A stretch of DNA of 64,000 bases from Octopus sinensis. Lineage: Eukaryota. A model generated the notes under the pieces. It had not been told where the DNA came from, made no database searches, and saw only the letters and a list, made by a program, of their open reading frames with translations. The stretch covers positions 28,706,001 through 28,770,000 of the forward strand of contig NC_042999.1 in NCBI RefSeq assembly GCF_006345805.1, in the 5' to 3' direction. Position numbers and translations under genes: made by a program. Positions 27,654 through 39,491 of the stretch are shown here, piece after piece (the first letter of the stretch is position 1; every line of letters begins with the position of its first letter).

Positions 27654-28530
27654 TACACAGAAACACACACACTGACATTTACATATAAGAATGTATTCCT
27701 GTTTTTTACTTTTACGCATAAAATTCTAACTATCAGACAACAAAAGATTTTTGTATTCAGGTATCTTTTAGTCAGACAGATCCATACTCAAGTTTTCCTT
27801 TTCTTTACAACCGGTTGACATCTGCTTTTCAAAATTACACTCGTAGTCTATCATTTTTATTTTCATACTTTCTTCTTGATGTTACAGAATCTTCAGTCAG
27901 AGAGTGTGAACTTTTATCGATATTCTCTTTCATTCTTTTGTGATGTATCTGGTCAACGTCGATTTCGTTTAAGCGCTTTGATTCTTGGTGTCATTCAATT
28001 TATTCTTTGTTCATTTGGTTTGGTTTCTACAATTTATAAACTTATTTCTTTGATGCAGTATACATTTTTGTATAGCTGATTACAAAATTTTATGGAAATG
28101 TCTGCACTGAACATTTGTCTGTTTCGAAACTCGACTGGTTGTGTAATTGTGCTTGTGTATTTATCTTCACGTCATTCATATCCTGCATGTAGTTCTTATG
28201 AGTTTCCTTTGAACACCTGCGGAAAAAGTTATATTGTGTTACTTCGTATATGTGTCAACTCTTAAATACAAAATTGCCTACATTATAATAAAGCTGTTGA
28301 ATTCAAAGAAACGCGTAATGTTACTATACTACCAGAAAATTAGCGCCTGTAATATATTTTGATGGCTGCAACAATAAAACGTAAATGATATGAAATATAC
28401 GTGTATTTTTGTGGCAAAAGATAACGAAGTTCAAACTTTAGCTGCGCAATGAACAAGGGGGAAATTGTCATGTGTCTCAGAGGGGTAGGGGCGCGTAAAT
28501 ACAGCAGATATTAAAGAAACATTTTCATAT

Positions 28531-28740
28531 TCTTTTATTCTTTTATTTGTTCAAGTCATTTGACTGCAGCCATGCTGGAGCACCGCCTTTAGTCGAATAA
28601 ATCGACCCGAGGTCTCATTCTTTAAAAAGCCTAGTACTAATTTTATCGAATTATTTTGCCGAACTGCTATGTTACGGGGACGTAAATACAACAGCTTAGG
28701 TTGCCATGCGACGGTTGGGGTTCAAACACAGACACTAAAA
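28531..28740 (-). mobile_element. SINE family A 3' part
   Basis: GTCATTTGACTGCAGCCATGCTGGAGCACCGCCTTTAGTCG shared with 33730 and 40360. Confidence 0.8.
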
Positions 28741-28949
28741 TACATACAGACACAGTGATTATATATATATATATATACATACATGCCTACACACGAACGC
28801 ACACACAGAGAGACACACACACACATATATACATATATATTATTAACTGGAACTCTATTTTATGAAATTCCAAAGGATCCCAAAGTCGGTCAGGGTGATA
28901 TGGTACTTCTGGATTTTAGCCTTAACAAGAAGAACAAAATACAACAACA

Positions 28950-29120
28950 ACAATAATAATAATAATTTCTTGTAATTTTGGCTCAAGGACTGTAATTTGA
29001 AGTGGAGAGATTGTGCAATGTATTTACATTGACTTCAGTACTTGACTGGTAATTATTTTATTGACCCCAAATCTATGGTAAACAATGTCAACCTCTTCAG
29101 AATTAGTACTCTTAAACTTA
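28950..29120 (-). mobile_element. Decayed SINE family B 3' part
   Basis: Weak similarity to the family B body, with an (ATT)n tail. Confidence 0.5.
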
Positions 29121-29357
29121 AGGGTCAGAATGAATAGCGCTATAAATTCAGTAGTGTTTATTTCTGGGTGTACTTTCAGTTCAGATCTGACATCCGACTC
29201 TGGCACTGATTATTTTATAACATAGCATTGGAAGTAATCCAAATATTGTGGTAGGAGTACTTAGTTATGTATATCTGTTAGGCCTGCAGCATTGGTTATG
29301 TATATAAGTTCATTTTGAATGAAATTCTTCTAGTGGTCATTATGATAAATATTTATT

Positions 29358-29545
29358 GGGCAAAACGGTTAGCGGCATTTTGTCCATCTTTACTTTCTGA
29401 GCTCAAATTCTGTCGACTTTGCTTTTCATCCTTTGGGACTGATACATTAAGTACCAGTTGAACATAGAGGGTCGATGTTATCGCCTCGCCTCATTCTTAC
29501 CGTCCCCAAGGTCCCCATGTGTCAAAAATTTGAAATAATTATTAA
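29358..29545 (+). mobile_element. SINE family B with an alternative 3' tail
   Basis: GCTCAAATTCTGTCGACTTTGCTTTTCATCCTTTGGG...TTAAGTACCAGTTG; tail GTGTCAAAAATTTGAAATAATTATT. Confidence 0.7.
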
Positions 29546-29564
29546 TGTATTTACTGCACACACA

Positions 29565-29633
<69 letters not shown>

Positions 29634-30539
29634 CACACACATAAGGTATATATATACATCGCTGTGTAACTGAAATCATGACCGTTCTTGATAGCAATAT
29701 TTGGTTGAATTACGTGATTCTCTTTTCAAGTTAAATTTTTCACAAGATAATATAAAATCATTTTGTCATTTTCCATAAATGTCATTTTCTGTGGGAGCAC
29801 AACTTGTGTTCCTTATGCAGAAATCATACCCTAGACTAATCCAACTTTCTCACTCAGTATACGTTTTCTTATCAAATACTGGGCATTCACAACCTGATAT
29901 ATGCATGTTATTGTAGTGATTGCTTTTCTTCTATTGTAAGTGTCTGTATTCTGCCATCTTATATTTCCAATCTCCGTTTTCTTCCTGTAGTGTCATTTAT
30001 TCTTGATGCACTTACTCTTTGCCTATTGTCGTCAAGCAAATATTGGTAACACATGTGATTACTTGCTGTCGTCTTGATATATTTTCATTACTTTCAGCTA
30101 TATATATTTTTCAAATAAATTCTGTTGCCACTTCATGGCATCTTGGGCAAGCATTTTCTATAAAAAGCCTTGGGTCGATTATTGATTTGAGAGCGAATTT
30201 TGGAAGAGAAAAACCTATTCTGTTGCAAACAAACACTCACGTACACGCAGACAATTATAAATATGTGTCTGCGCGTACTGAATAAGAATTTCTGTACGTC
30301 TATGTGTATATGTGTGCATATGATAGCGTGCCTCAAATTGTTTGCATCTCATTGCTTGGCATTCTTTTTTTGCTTAATGTTCCGTACTGTACAGGTTAGG
30401 TGAAAATAAGACGGTATAAGCATCAGACATCGAACATGTATTGGAGCCCTTAGAGCTCTTCCAAAGCATGGCACCATAGACAGAATGAGATAACACATCT
30501 AAGGGTTTCACGAGTTTTCAGGACATTTATAATGAAATA

Positions 30540-30587
30540 GTCTTACAGCTGTTTCTGGGATATTATGGATATCCCTTCATCAGAGAC
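30540..30587 (-). ncRNA. Minimal type I hammerhead ribozyme motif (PLE-type)
   Basis: 5'-GUCU CUGAUGA A GGGAUAU CCAUA AUAUCCC A GAAAC AGCU GUA AGAC-3': 4-bp stem I, 7-bp stem II, palindromic stem III, GUA cleavage triplet. Confidence 0.75.
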
Positions 30588-31330
30588 GGTGTGAGAAATT
30601 ATTTGTATTCGTATTATTGTCCAAAAAATAGGGAATATAGAGGGAAATAAGAGAAATAGGATATATAAATTTATTGTAGTTGCAGTTCTATCTTTCGAGG
30701 AATATGGTGTATATAAGTGGTAAAAAAGTTTCCTGTACATGGTGAGTAATTTCTGATAACAGTTCATATTTAGCCATTTCAAAGCTTGGAGCCGTGGATT
30801 CAGTGTCGCTCGTTTGAAAGATCTTTGTGGTGTGAATGAAAATTTGAGAATGTGTTGGTAGTATTTACGGATAGATGGAGAGAGGAGGGTTGTCTATGAT
30901 TAAAAAGTGGAGGTAGGTCAAATGTGAAACAGGAAGAGAAAATGAGAGGAAGAAAGGGAGAAAAAAGAAAAAAAAGAAAAAGGAAAGACACAATCAAAGA
31001 GTGAAATAAAACAAAAAAATCAAGAAATGGTGAAGGATGGGAGAGAGGGAGTGTTAGTCAAGATAATGTGACGAGAAGATGGGAGAGGTGTCGGGGAGGG
31101 AGAGGAAAAGAAGTTAAGGAGTACAAGAATGTGAGATATGCGAGTAGAGGTGATATGACAAAGCTGCACGTAGGGATGGGCAGAGAAAAGTTAAGGGTGG
31201 AGTGATACCGAAATCAGTAGTAGTTTTGGTAGTAAAATCTAAGGGGAACAGAAGAATACAAGGATATGAAATTACTATAACTAAACGTATGTGATAGGTT
31301 AGTGATACGTAGCAATAGGAGAAAAATGTA
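30588..31330 (-). mobile_element. Probable PLE 3' trailer/pLTR leading into the hammerhead
   Basis: Pyrimidine-rich on the minus strand, follows a CA/TA tract and ends in the ribozyme; no RT or EN motif seen, so this is inference. Confidence 0.4.
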
Positions 31331-31735
31331 TATTTGCGAATATGTATATATATATATATACGCACACACATACACACTCATATAGACATATACATACACA
31401 CGCATATATACACATGCATGGTCACGTGCACCCATAGATGTATTCGCACAAGCATATGTTTATACGCGTAATCACAGGGATGCGGGTTCGAGCCTCATGG
31501 CTGGCCGGTAACGAATTTTTCTGCAATATATGGATAGTTTATCCTGTTCATGCTATTGTATTAGCATTATCATGCGCTTGAGAATAATCTCTATATCTTT
31601 CAACATATTTTAACACTTCTAAAGCAAACATTGTTTACTCTCATCGTAAGCTGAAATTAGTGTTAGCGACTTATAAAGCTAGATATATAAATCCTAAAAT
31701 TAAAGAACAATTCGTCACTGGGCAGTTTATCTAAA

Positions 31736-31967
31736 GGGCGGCGAACTGGCACAATCGTTAGCAGGCCGGGCGAAATGCCTAGCGGTATTTCGTCTGCGTT
31801 ACGTTGTGAGTTCAAATTCCGCCGAGGTCGACTTTGCCTTTCATCCTTTCGGGGTCGATAAATTAAGTACCAGTTACGCACTGGGTCGATGTCATCAACT
31901 TAATACCTATGTATCTCCTTGTTTATCCCCTTTGTGTTTAGCCCCTTGTGGGTAATAAAGAAATAGG
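31736..31967 (+). mobile_element. Near full-length tRNA-derived SINE family B
   Basis: A-box-like TGGCACAATCGTT; B-box-like GAGTTCAAATTCC; tail GCCCCTTGTGGGTAATAAAGAAATAGG. Confidence 0.88.
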
Positions 31968-32252
31968 TAAAACACTTGACGTATAAGCACTGGGATGTGA
32001 ATTCGAGTTTTGTCTGGGAGGTAACGGATTTTTCTGCAATATATAGATAGTTTTTCCTGTCCACGATATTGTATTAGCATTATCATGCGTTTGAGAATAA
32101 TTTATCTCTTTATCTTACAAACATAAATTTTTACCTAAACTTTTGTTTCTTCATATACCAAGTTATATAATGTCAAACGTCTCGGGTTCGACCTGAGCAA
32201 TTCCAAGCTATAAATTAAAAAGCTTTTTCGAAAGAAAACAAACAATATATAC

Positions 32253-32287
<35 letters not shown>

Positions 32288-32295
32288 ATTTTCTT

Positions 32296-32580
32296 TTCCT
32301 CAACAGGCCCTGCCCTATTTAAATTTGTCCCGAGGGAGATCAAAGAGGAAAAGGATCCCATCAACTTTAAACGGAGTCTGGATAGATTCCTTCAAAGTAT
32401 TCCAGATAAGTGACCCATAATTGGATACAACTCACCTAACAAGAACTCACTACTTGAATGGACCATAAACAAAACTTGACTTAAACAGGATTTGAATATT
32501 CCTATCAGGTGGTGCTATTAAGTTAGACATGGCCTGGACCAATCTTTGGTCGAAACATATCTAAGTTTATCTGAGTTTAT
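32296..32580 (+). mobile_element. CR1-type LINE extreme 3' fragment
   Basis: Reads ..LFKFVPREIKEEKDPINFKRSLDRFLQSIPD, homologous to the end of ORF 57921..58988; shares the 3' UTR GTGCTATTAAGTTAGACATGGCCTGG. Confidence 0.8.
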
Positions 32581-32720
32581 ATATATATATATATATTGTA
32601 TAGAGGGCATTATTACACATAAATGCCTCACACTAGGAGGGACAAAGTCATTACTACCAAAATTATACTAATCATACCCAAATGCAGTTTTTCAAAGCAT
32701 GACATTTAAAAAATGAATTT

Positions 32721-32778
32721 AGTTCTGTATCACCGTGATTTCACATTCAACTTACGTCTAATGATCATCAGCAGAACT
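32721..32778 (-). ncRNA. Mirror copy of the hammerhead motif on the minus strand
   Basis: Exact reverse complement of 32822-32879. Confidence 0.8.
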
Positions 32779-32821
32779 GATTCTGAACACATCATAAATA
32801 ATTTATGATGTGTTCAGAATC

Positions 32822-32879
32822 AGTTCTGCTGATGATCATTAGACGTAAGTTGAATGTGAAATCACGGTGATACAGAACT
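32822..32879 (+). ncRNA. Type I hammerhead ribozyme motif in the right arm of the palindrome
   Basis: AGUUCUG CUGAUGA UCAUU-AGAC-GUAA-GUUG-AAUGU GAAA UCAC G GUGA UA CAGAACU: 7-bp stem I, stem II capped by a GNRA loop, palindromic stem III, AUA triplet. Confidence 0.8.
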
Positions 32880-33315
32880 AAATTCATTTTTTAAATGTCT
32901 TGCTTTGAAAAACTGCATTTGGGTATGATTAGTATAATTTTGGTAGTAATGACTTTGTCCCTCTTAGTGTGAGGCATTTATGTGTAATAATGCCCTCTAT
33001 ACAATATAGATATAATTAATTTGTTCAAAGGAAAAAAATTATTTTCGAATTCTTTTCTTTTATGAGGTTTTCACGCTAGCTACCCGATAATTTCTTGTTA
33101 AGATCCCTTATTAAGAGATTATCCTTAATTGTTAAACTTATATATATATATATATATTAGAAAAAATGAGGTAATCAGATCGGATGGTTCATATTTATAG
33201 ATATTTATTTATATATTACATTTTTTACATATATATATCTATCATATCATTCAGATCATATCATTCGGATTATTAGCGCTTTCTCCCAATCAAGTGGGGT
33301 TTTCAAATCAAATCC

Positions 33316-33427
<112 letters not shown>

Positions 33428-33710
33428 GGTGTGTGTTTGTGTGTGCGTGTGTGTATGTGTGTATTAGGGATTTTCTTTAAACGTCTCCGCCCCCTATCAA
33501 CATGTATTTTATATTTATTTAGTTTTTGAGTTTTCTTGGCAAATTGATTGGTCACTGTTAGCCTCACTTAATAATATTTCGGTTGCGTAGTCTTAATGTA
33601 GATGTTGAATAATGATTTTCCAGTTGAAGACGACAATATTGACTAGTGTATTTCTTTGCAAGGGAATCATATTTTCTTTCCGAATATATATATATATATA
33701 ATATATATTT

Positions 33711-33915
33711 TACTCTCTTTTACTTGTTTCAGTAATTTGACTGCGGCCATGCTGGAGCACCGCCTTTAGTCGAGCAAATCGACCCCGGGACTTATTCTTT
33801 GTAAGCCCAGTACTTATTCTATCGGCCTCTTTTGCCGAACCGCTAAGTGACGGGGACGTAAACACACCAGCATCGGTTGTCAAGCAATGCTAGGGGGACA
33901 AACACAGACACACAA

Positions 33916-33986
<71 letters not shown>

Positions 33987-34222
33987 TATTTGAGACAAAA
34001 CCACTATTTTGCAAAACAAACAAGGAAAGACTTAATCAATACATAAAATTTAATAAATAGGACGGGCTTCTTTCAGTTTCCGTCTACCAAATCCATTCAC
34101 AAGGCATTGGTCGGCCCGGGGTTATAGTAGAAGACACTTGCCCAAGGTGCCACGCAGTGGGACTGAACCCAGAACCATGGGGTTCGTAAGCAAGCTTCTT
34201 ACCACACAGCCACTCCTACGCC
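33711..34222 (-). mobile_element. Full-length SINE family A with a ~85-bp foreign insert in its (TA)n
   Basis: Head at 34222 and tail at 33711; insert 33980-34065 (GAGACAAAACCACTATT...ATACATAAAATT) resembles 43216-43278. Confidence 0.88.
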
Positions 34223-35443
34223 ATATATACTGTGTATTTTTCTTTCTCTCTTGTCATACATGCACTCCCTCGTTACTCTAGCAACCAGGAATGGAAAATT
34301 CCGGGGGCCACATTTGTAATCAATAAAATCATTTGTCAGTAAATATAATATATAAACTTAAAATTAATCAATAATAAACTCATTAAATTATTGTATAAAA
34401 TATATAAGTTCAAAATTGCCAATAGTAGAAACGATATTAAATACAATTTTTAGTATGTTTGACACACACAAGGGGCAATCGTTGGAATGTGATCCTAGGT
34501 ACTTTATGGATCCGCCATCACAATGTTAGATATTCAATGAGAACGAAACCCAATGAGAGCAGCGTCGGAGATCTCTAGATGAATGCAGTTTGTGATTAAA
34601 TGGGTATGTGGTGCAATGATATTTTCTTGATATGAGTTGCTTTGCTGTAGCAATGATGATATTATTATATTGACAAATATGCATTCCAAAATACTGCCTT
34701 TCGAAGCTGCGGCAGTGCACTATGAGTGCAATATTCCCTTTTATGTGATTTGCAAATTCGTTATAACTTTGAACATAATAGCGAAATATGCTTAGCTATA
34801 AATGCTAAGATATTTGAACTTGAAAGCTCGATTTCTAGAAATGATTTTTAAGCCAAAATTTCTCTTCCTTCCAAATATTAATTCAAATTATCTTTTAAGC
34901 ATTTCAGACATTTGCGAGATAAAATATTTTTTGTTCATTGTATTTATTATTGAAATCTGCGTTTGATGTCTTATGACAGTTATTATGGAAGAAAGCTTTT
35001 TAAATTTAATTTCTATGCCCAGCAATCAAATTGCATTTTCATGAGTATTCGAAATCCTATAGCTCGAGCAGATTTATTTTTGCTTTCATTTACTTATATT
35101 TTACATAGCGTTTTCCGTATGCCCAATATATTCATAATTCACTTTCAACATCAATAGAGAGAAAATGCCTTTGATAAGCATCTAGTGACACACATACAAA
35201 ATATAAGGTTTTAATTGCATTTCAATTAAAAAAAAAAGATTTTATAATGGTATATATTTGCGTTTTTATTTCAATAAGATATAATATATCTCACAAAATA
35301 TATAACAGAATAAAGAGAAAACTATTATCATTTGCAGAAATCGATGAAAGGAAAGTTCTGTAAATAGCTGATGGTGCAGTATAACTCTAAAAATAATGTC
35401 ATACTCTCGGTTAGATAAACATTTCTCAATGTTATCCGCGTTC

Positions 35444-35649
35444 GATTCCCCTATTCGCTTAAAATTAATACGGTTTCAAGAAATAAGTTGGATAAATTTT
35501 CTAGAGAGGAAAATAATAAGATGCAGAAAGTAAATAGGATAAAATGGATTCCCCTATTCGCTTAAAATTAATACGGTTTCAAGAAATAAGTTGGATAAAT
35601 TTTCTAGAGAGGAAAATAATAAGATTCAGAAAGTAAATAGGATAAAATG
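35444..35649 (+). repeat. Tandem duplication of a 103-bp unit
   Basis: 35444-35546 versus 35547-35649, one mismatch seen. Confidence 0.92.
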
Positions 35650-36735
35650 TAATGCTTCAATAGGTACTATATTGTGTCCCAACTTCTATCACTCCTTCTG
35701 CATAACCACATGGTTTAGATATTTAGTACCAACCTAATACTGTTAATTATATCCATTAAGAAGAACGGCATTCGATGCAGACCGATAGACACGAAAACAA
35801 AATCCACGTATCAAACACTTTACCCGTTATAATTCCATCAAACGTGTACCAACTTTAGCTTATGTTATGAATTACGTAAATGGGTAAAACTATAGTCCGT
35901 TGGTTTAAAATTTCATTTCAAAACTAGACATTTAACTTGAGCAATTGCTGGAAAAAACAAAGAAAACAACGATCTAAAGTTCCCCTAGTTTATTGCACAT
36001 TTTAATGTGTCTGTTATAGTCGATGAGGATTTAAGCATTGGGTTTTGGACAATATTGTAGATACTGGCGACTGTCGTTTCACATATATCTTTTGACTTCG
36101 AGAAAGATATGCGTTGTTTTCTGCATAATCAAAGATTGATAAGCTATTGTCACTGGACTAGTGCACCGAGGAGTATTGTTCGACATAGCGCAGATCGAAT
36201 GGCTATTATAAAACCCTGATCATCGTCGTTTTACGCGTTTTGTTTACTTTCATTAAATCTTGTAACTTAATGCAATCCTTCAACATGTTGAAAATGAATA
36301 TTGTTAAATTGTTTGATAGTCAACGACATTATCAATATTGTCACTACATTGAATATTCGTACTTATACCTATGAAGCTAAAGTCACATTGAATCGTTGAA
36401 ATATAATTATTCGTAATATTGTCAGGTACAATTTTTAGTGCTGTTCAAGTACATCAAAGAGACAAACTTTCAATGAATTTAAATACTAAAACACAAATTG
36501 GTCTGCAATGTTGTTTGAGTTTAGTACCTAGGATTAGTACTGTCGCAATGGTTCGAGGTAACTAGACAAAATTATTTAATAGTCCTTTTTTTATTTTGGC
36601 CTGCAAATTTCAGGTCAGCGCTTAAATGTTACCTAATTTATCGAACCGAATTGTTGAAACGTAAAGGCTATATGAGAGGCATTTGGATGCAAAGCTTAAA
36701 GCCTGGAGATATACCTCTGAGCATCCTGTTCGGCG

Positions 36736-36964
36736 TACTCTTTTACTCTTTTACTTGTTTCAGTCATTTGACTGTGGCTATGCTGGAGCACTCCTTTTAG
36801 CCGAGCAAATCGACCTCAGAACTTATTCTTTGTAAGTACTTATTCTATCGGTCTCTTATGCCAAACACCAGCATCGGTTGTCAAACGATGATGTGTGTGT
36901 GGGGGAGATAAACACAGACACACAAACACACACAGCACACACACACGCAGACATACACACACAA

Positions 36965-37016
<52 letters not shown>

Positions 37017-37180
37017 GACGGGCTTCTTTCAGTTTCTGTCTACTAATTCCACTCACAGAGTTCTGGTCGTCCCGACGCCATAGTAGAAGACTCTTGCCGA
37101 AGTTGCCACACTGTGGGACTGAACCCGGAAACATGTCGTTCGTAAGCAAAGTACTTACCACACAGCCACTCGTTGCCGCC
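36736..37180 (-). mobile_element. SINE family A
   Basis: Homologous to 33711-34222 and 11531-12024. Confidence 0.85.
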
Positions 37181-37859
37181 GTAGATATAATACTGCTGAA
37201 ATTCTGACTGTTGTCACTTCTAATTAAATATGCTGCATAACATTTTGTTAGTAAGTTAGTATCATATTTGCTACCACTCACAACGGCTGCCTGTTAGTGG
37301 ATAAGACTAAATAACTAGTTTGGCAAATCATTTAATTTTAACAAAAATATCGCTAAATTTATTAATTTCTCAGTGTCAGTTCCTCGAAACATTGTTTCTC
37401 ACATACACAAGTTATGATATAACCTATATCTCGAACTAAGCTTTTACTTATGCAAACAATCGTGGACGAAGAGAGAAAATATGCACTCAAGGTGTCTATG
37501 CTATATTTTAATAAAAAGTCCCTGATCAGTAAATTACTCTAATGTTATTTATGTAAAACAGATACAGTTCTTCCCTGTCCACACTGGCACATTCGGGAAA
37601 TGTAGTCCGTACCTGTCAGGCAGAAGTAAAAATCTGAGTACAGTTGTGAGGCTTTTCCCTATCCTCAACAATCCCAACTTTTGAGGATAAAACGGATTTG
37701 TACTGACATAGGGGATTACTAGAAACATGCAAATGCTTTCGTATGTCATTATCTCAAATGCGGTTGCCGTGAATCACGTTTAAAAAAACTAGCAATTGAA
37801 ATAGCTAAGATTAGCAAAGATAGTCAAACCTCTACGCATAATTTTAGCAAACAATACAA

Positions 37860-38830
37860 TAGGTGACAGAACACCTTTAGTGATTAACTGACACCGACAT
37901 TCCACTGGCATTCAAAGGTGTTGCATGAAAGTTACCAGCATGTGGCGAAAAATATCCTCTTTTCAAACAGATATTTTCTCAGCCGCTTATTGTAGCCGTC
38001 AGACGGAATAAGAATATAAGAGAATTATTGACCTCTATAGCTGACTCCAAGAAAACGAACATTAGAGTATCTACACGCTGTACCTTAAAGAACAACCGCA
38101 AGAGAGTTCAGCCCTGTTCATTGTGCAACAACTGGAGTGAAGTGAATTCCAGCAGAAATCATAACAAAAAAGTTATGATTTATACAGAAGGTGGAATATG
38201 TAAAAATTCCCATTCGATGTACGCTGCAGAATGCACGAAACACAAATTAATTTATGTTGGTTGCACAACAGAACAAGTAAACAAAACATCTAATGAGCAC
38301 AGATTCGACGTCAGATACAATAACAATGGTTCGACAGAACTTGGTGAACATTTCGTTTCAAGCGGCTGCAATTTTGAAGTTGACTTAAAAGTGCATATTC
38401 TCAGAAAATATTCTAAATCTGCTTCGCTCTCACTTCTCAGAATGTATGAGGAGAAATATGGTTGCGGTTTATCAACATCACACCCTGGAAGAATGAATAA
38501 GAGGACAGGACAATATCATCAAATTTATAAAAAAACTGTTTGATTAATTATTCTTCTTTCTCTTTTTTTCTTTCCTTTTTTCTGCCATCTCCTTTTTTTT
38601 CTGTTTTTTACTGTCTTTTTTTTTCGCCTGTTATAAAATTCTAACTTAAAAACTGATGATGTCATTCCACCAACGTGTGGACGCTGGTTGTCTCGTTCAT
38701 ACATTACGTTTAAATTTCTGTAATTTTGATTTTTTATCGCTTCCTATTTTGAACTTGACAAAAACAGATGTACTGTTGAAATATCGTTCAACTAATAAAA
38801 TATCTTACATTCGAATCGCGCTCTCCGTTT
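37860..38830 (+). mobile_element. Decayed Penelope-like element 3' part (linker, GIY-YIG, trailer), a different clade from the 1900-3556 element
   Basis: KYPLFKQIFSQPLIVAVRRNKNIRELL linker; PCSLC; SMYAAECTKHKLIYVGCT...EH...ELGEHF in ORF 38028..38543. Confidence 0.8.
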
Positions 38831-38902
38831 TGACTGTTTATCTTAGTAAAGAATTACGTCAATCCTTTTTAAAAAATATAATAATAACAATAACAATAAT
38901 AA

Positions 38903-38984
<82 letters not shown>

Positions 38985-38989
38985 TGTTA

Positions 38990-39280
38990 TTGTTACTCTT
39001 CCTGTCATTGTAGGTGCTATAGGTTTGATAAAATGGGTTTAAAAAATTATCTAGAGAAGATCCCAGTAGAACCATGTCTCAGAGAAATCCGAAACATTGT
39101 ACTGACTAGTACTGCCCACATCCTTAGAAGAACCCTATCCATTTAAATGTCTGTGTTGTATTACATGAAGATATTTCGTTACTTCCTCTCTTCAAGATTT
39201 CAGTTACACTGTAACATCTCTTAATCTTCACTCGCCCCAGGACACTCTGTGTGTCTCGGCAAGTGACTGTAAGAAATATG
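38990..39280 (+). mobile_element. R4/Dong-type LINE 3' fragment after (AAT)n
   Basis: LPVIVGAIGLIK...LREIRNIVLTSTAHILRRTLSI; 3' UTR like 15080-15250. Confidence 0.75.
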
Positions 39281-39423
39281 CAGATGGAAGTAATAATAAA
39301 AATAGTAATAATACTACTACTGATAATAGTAAAAATAGTAATGAAAATAACAATATGAAGAAGAAGAAGAAAAAGAAGAAGAAAAGATGAAGAAGAAGAA
39401 AGGAAGAGGAAGAAGAAGAAGAA

Positions 39424-39454
<31 letters not shown>

Positions 39455-39460
39455 AAGAAG

Positions 39461-39491
<31 letters not shown>

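Larger units (their letters stand above)
32592..33008. repeat. 417-bp near-perfect palindrome (208-bp arms, 1-nt centre at 32800)
   Basis: Arms are reverse-complementary with two mismatches seen by eye. Confidence 0.95.

Noticed and set aside
27840-27900. CUGAAGA-UUCU...AGAA-GAAA on the minus strand
   Set aside because: Stem II pairs but stems I and III do not form in register; likely chance.
27780-28235. Strong minus-strand splice acceptor (TTTTTCCGCAG|GTG) followed by purine-rich sequence
   Set aside because: All three frames hit stops within about 50 codons and no convincing donor was found. It could be UTR, but sequence alone does not support it.
32520-32570. CCUG-stem-GAAAC in the CR1 3' UTR resembling a hammerhead
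   Set aside because: It lacks the ANGA part of the core and a stem I; better explained as a LINE 3' recognition hairpin.
32592-33008. Palindromes as pure sequencing or assembly fold-back artefacts
   Set aside because: The arms carry substitutions and indels, which argues for real, aged structures. Long reads are still needed to exclude artefact fully.
35400-35455. GTTCGATTCCC B-box-like motif suggesting a tRNA gene
   Set aside because: No cloverleaf or acceptor stem can be folded.
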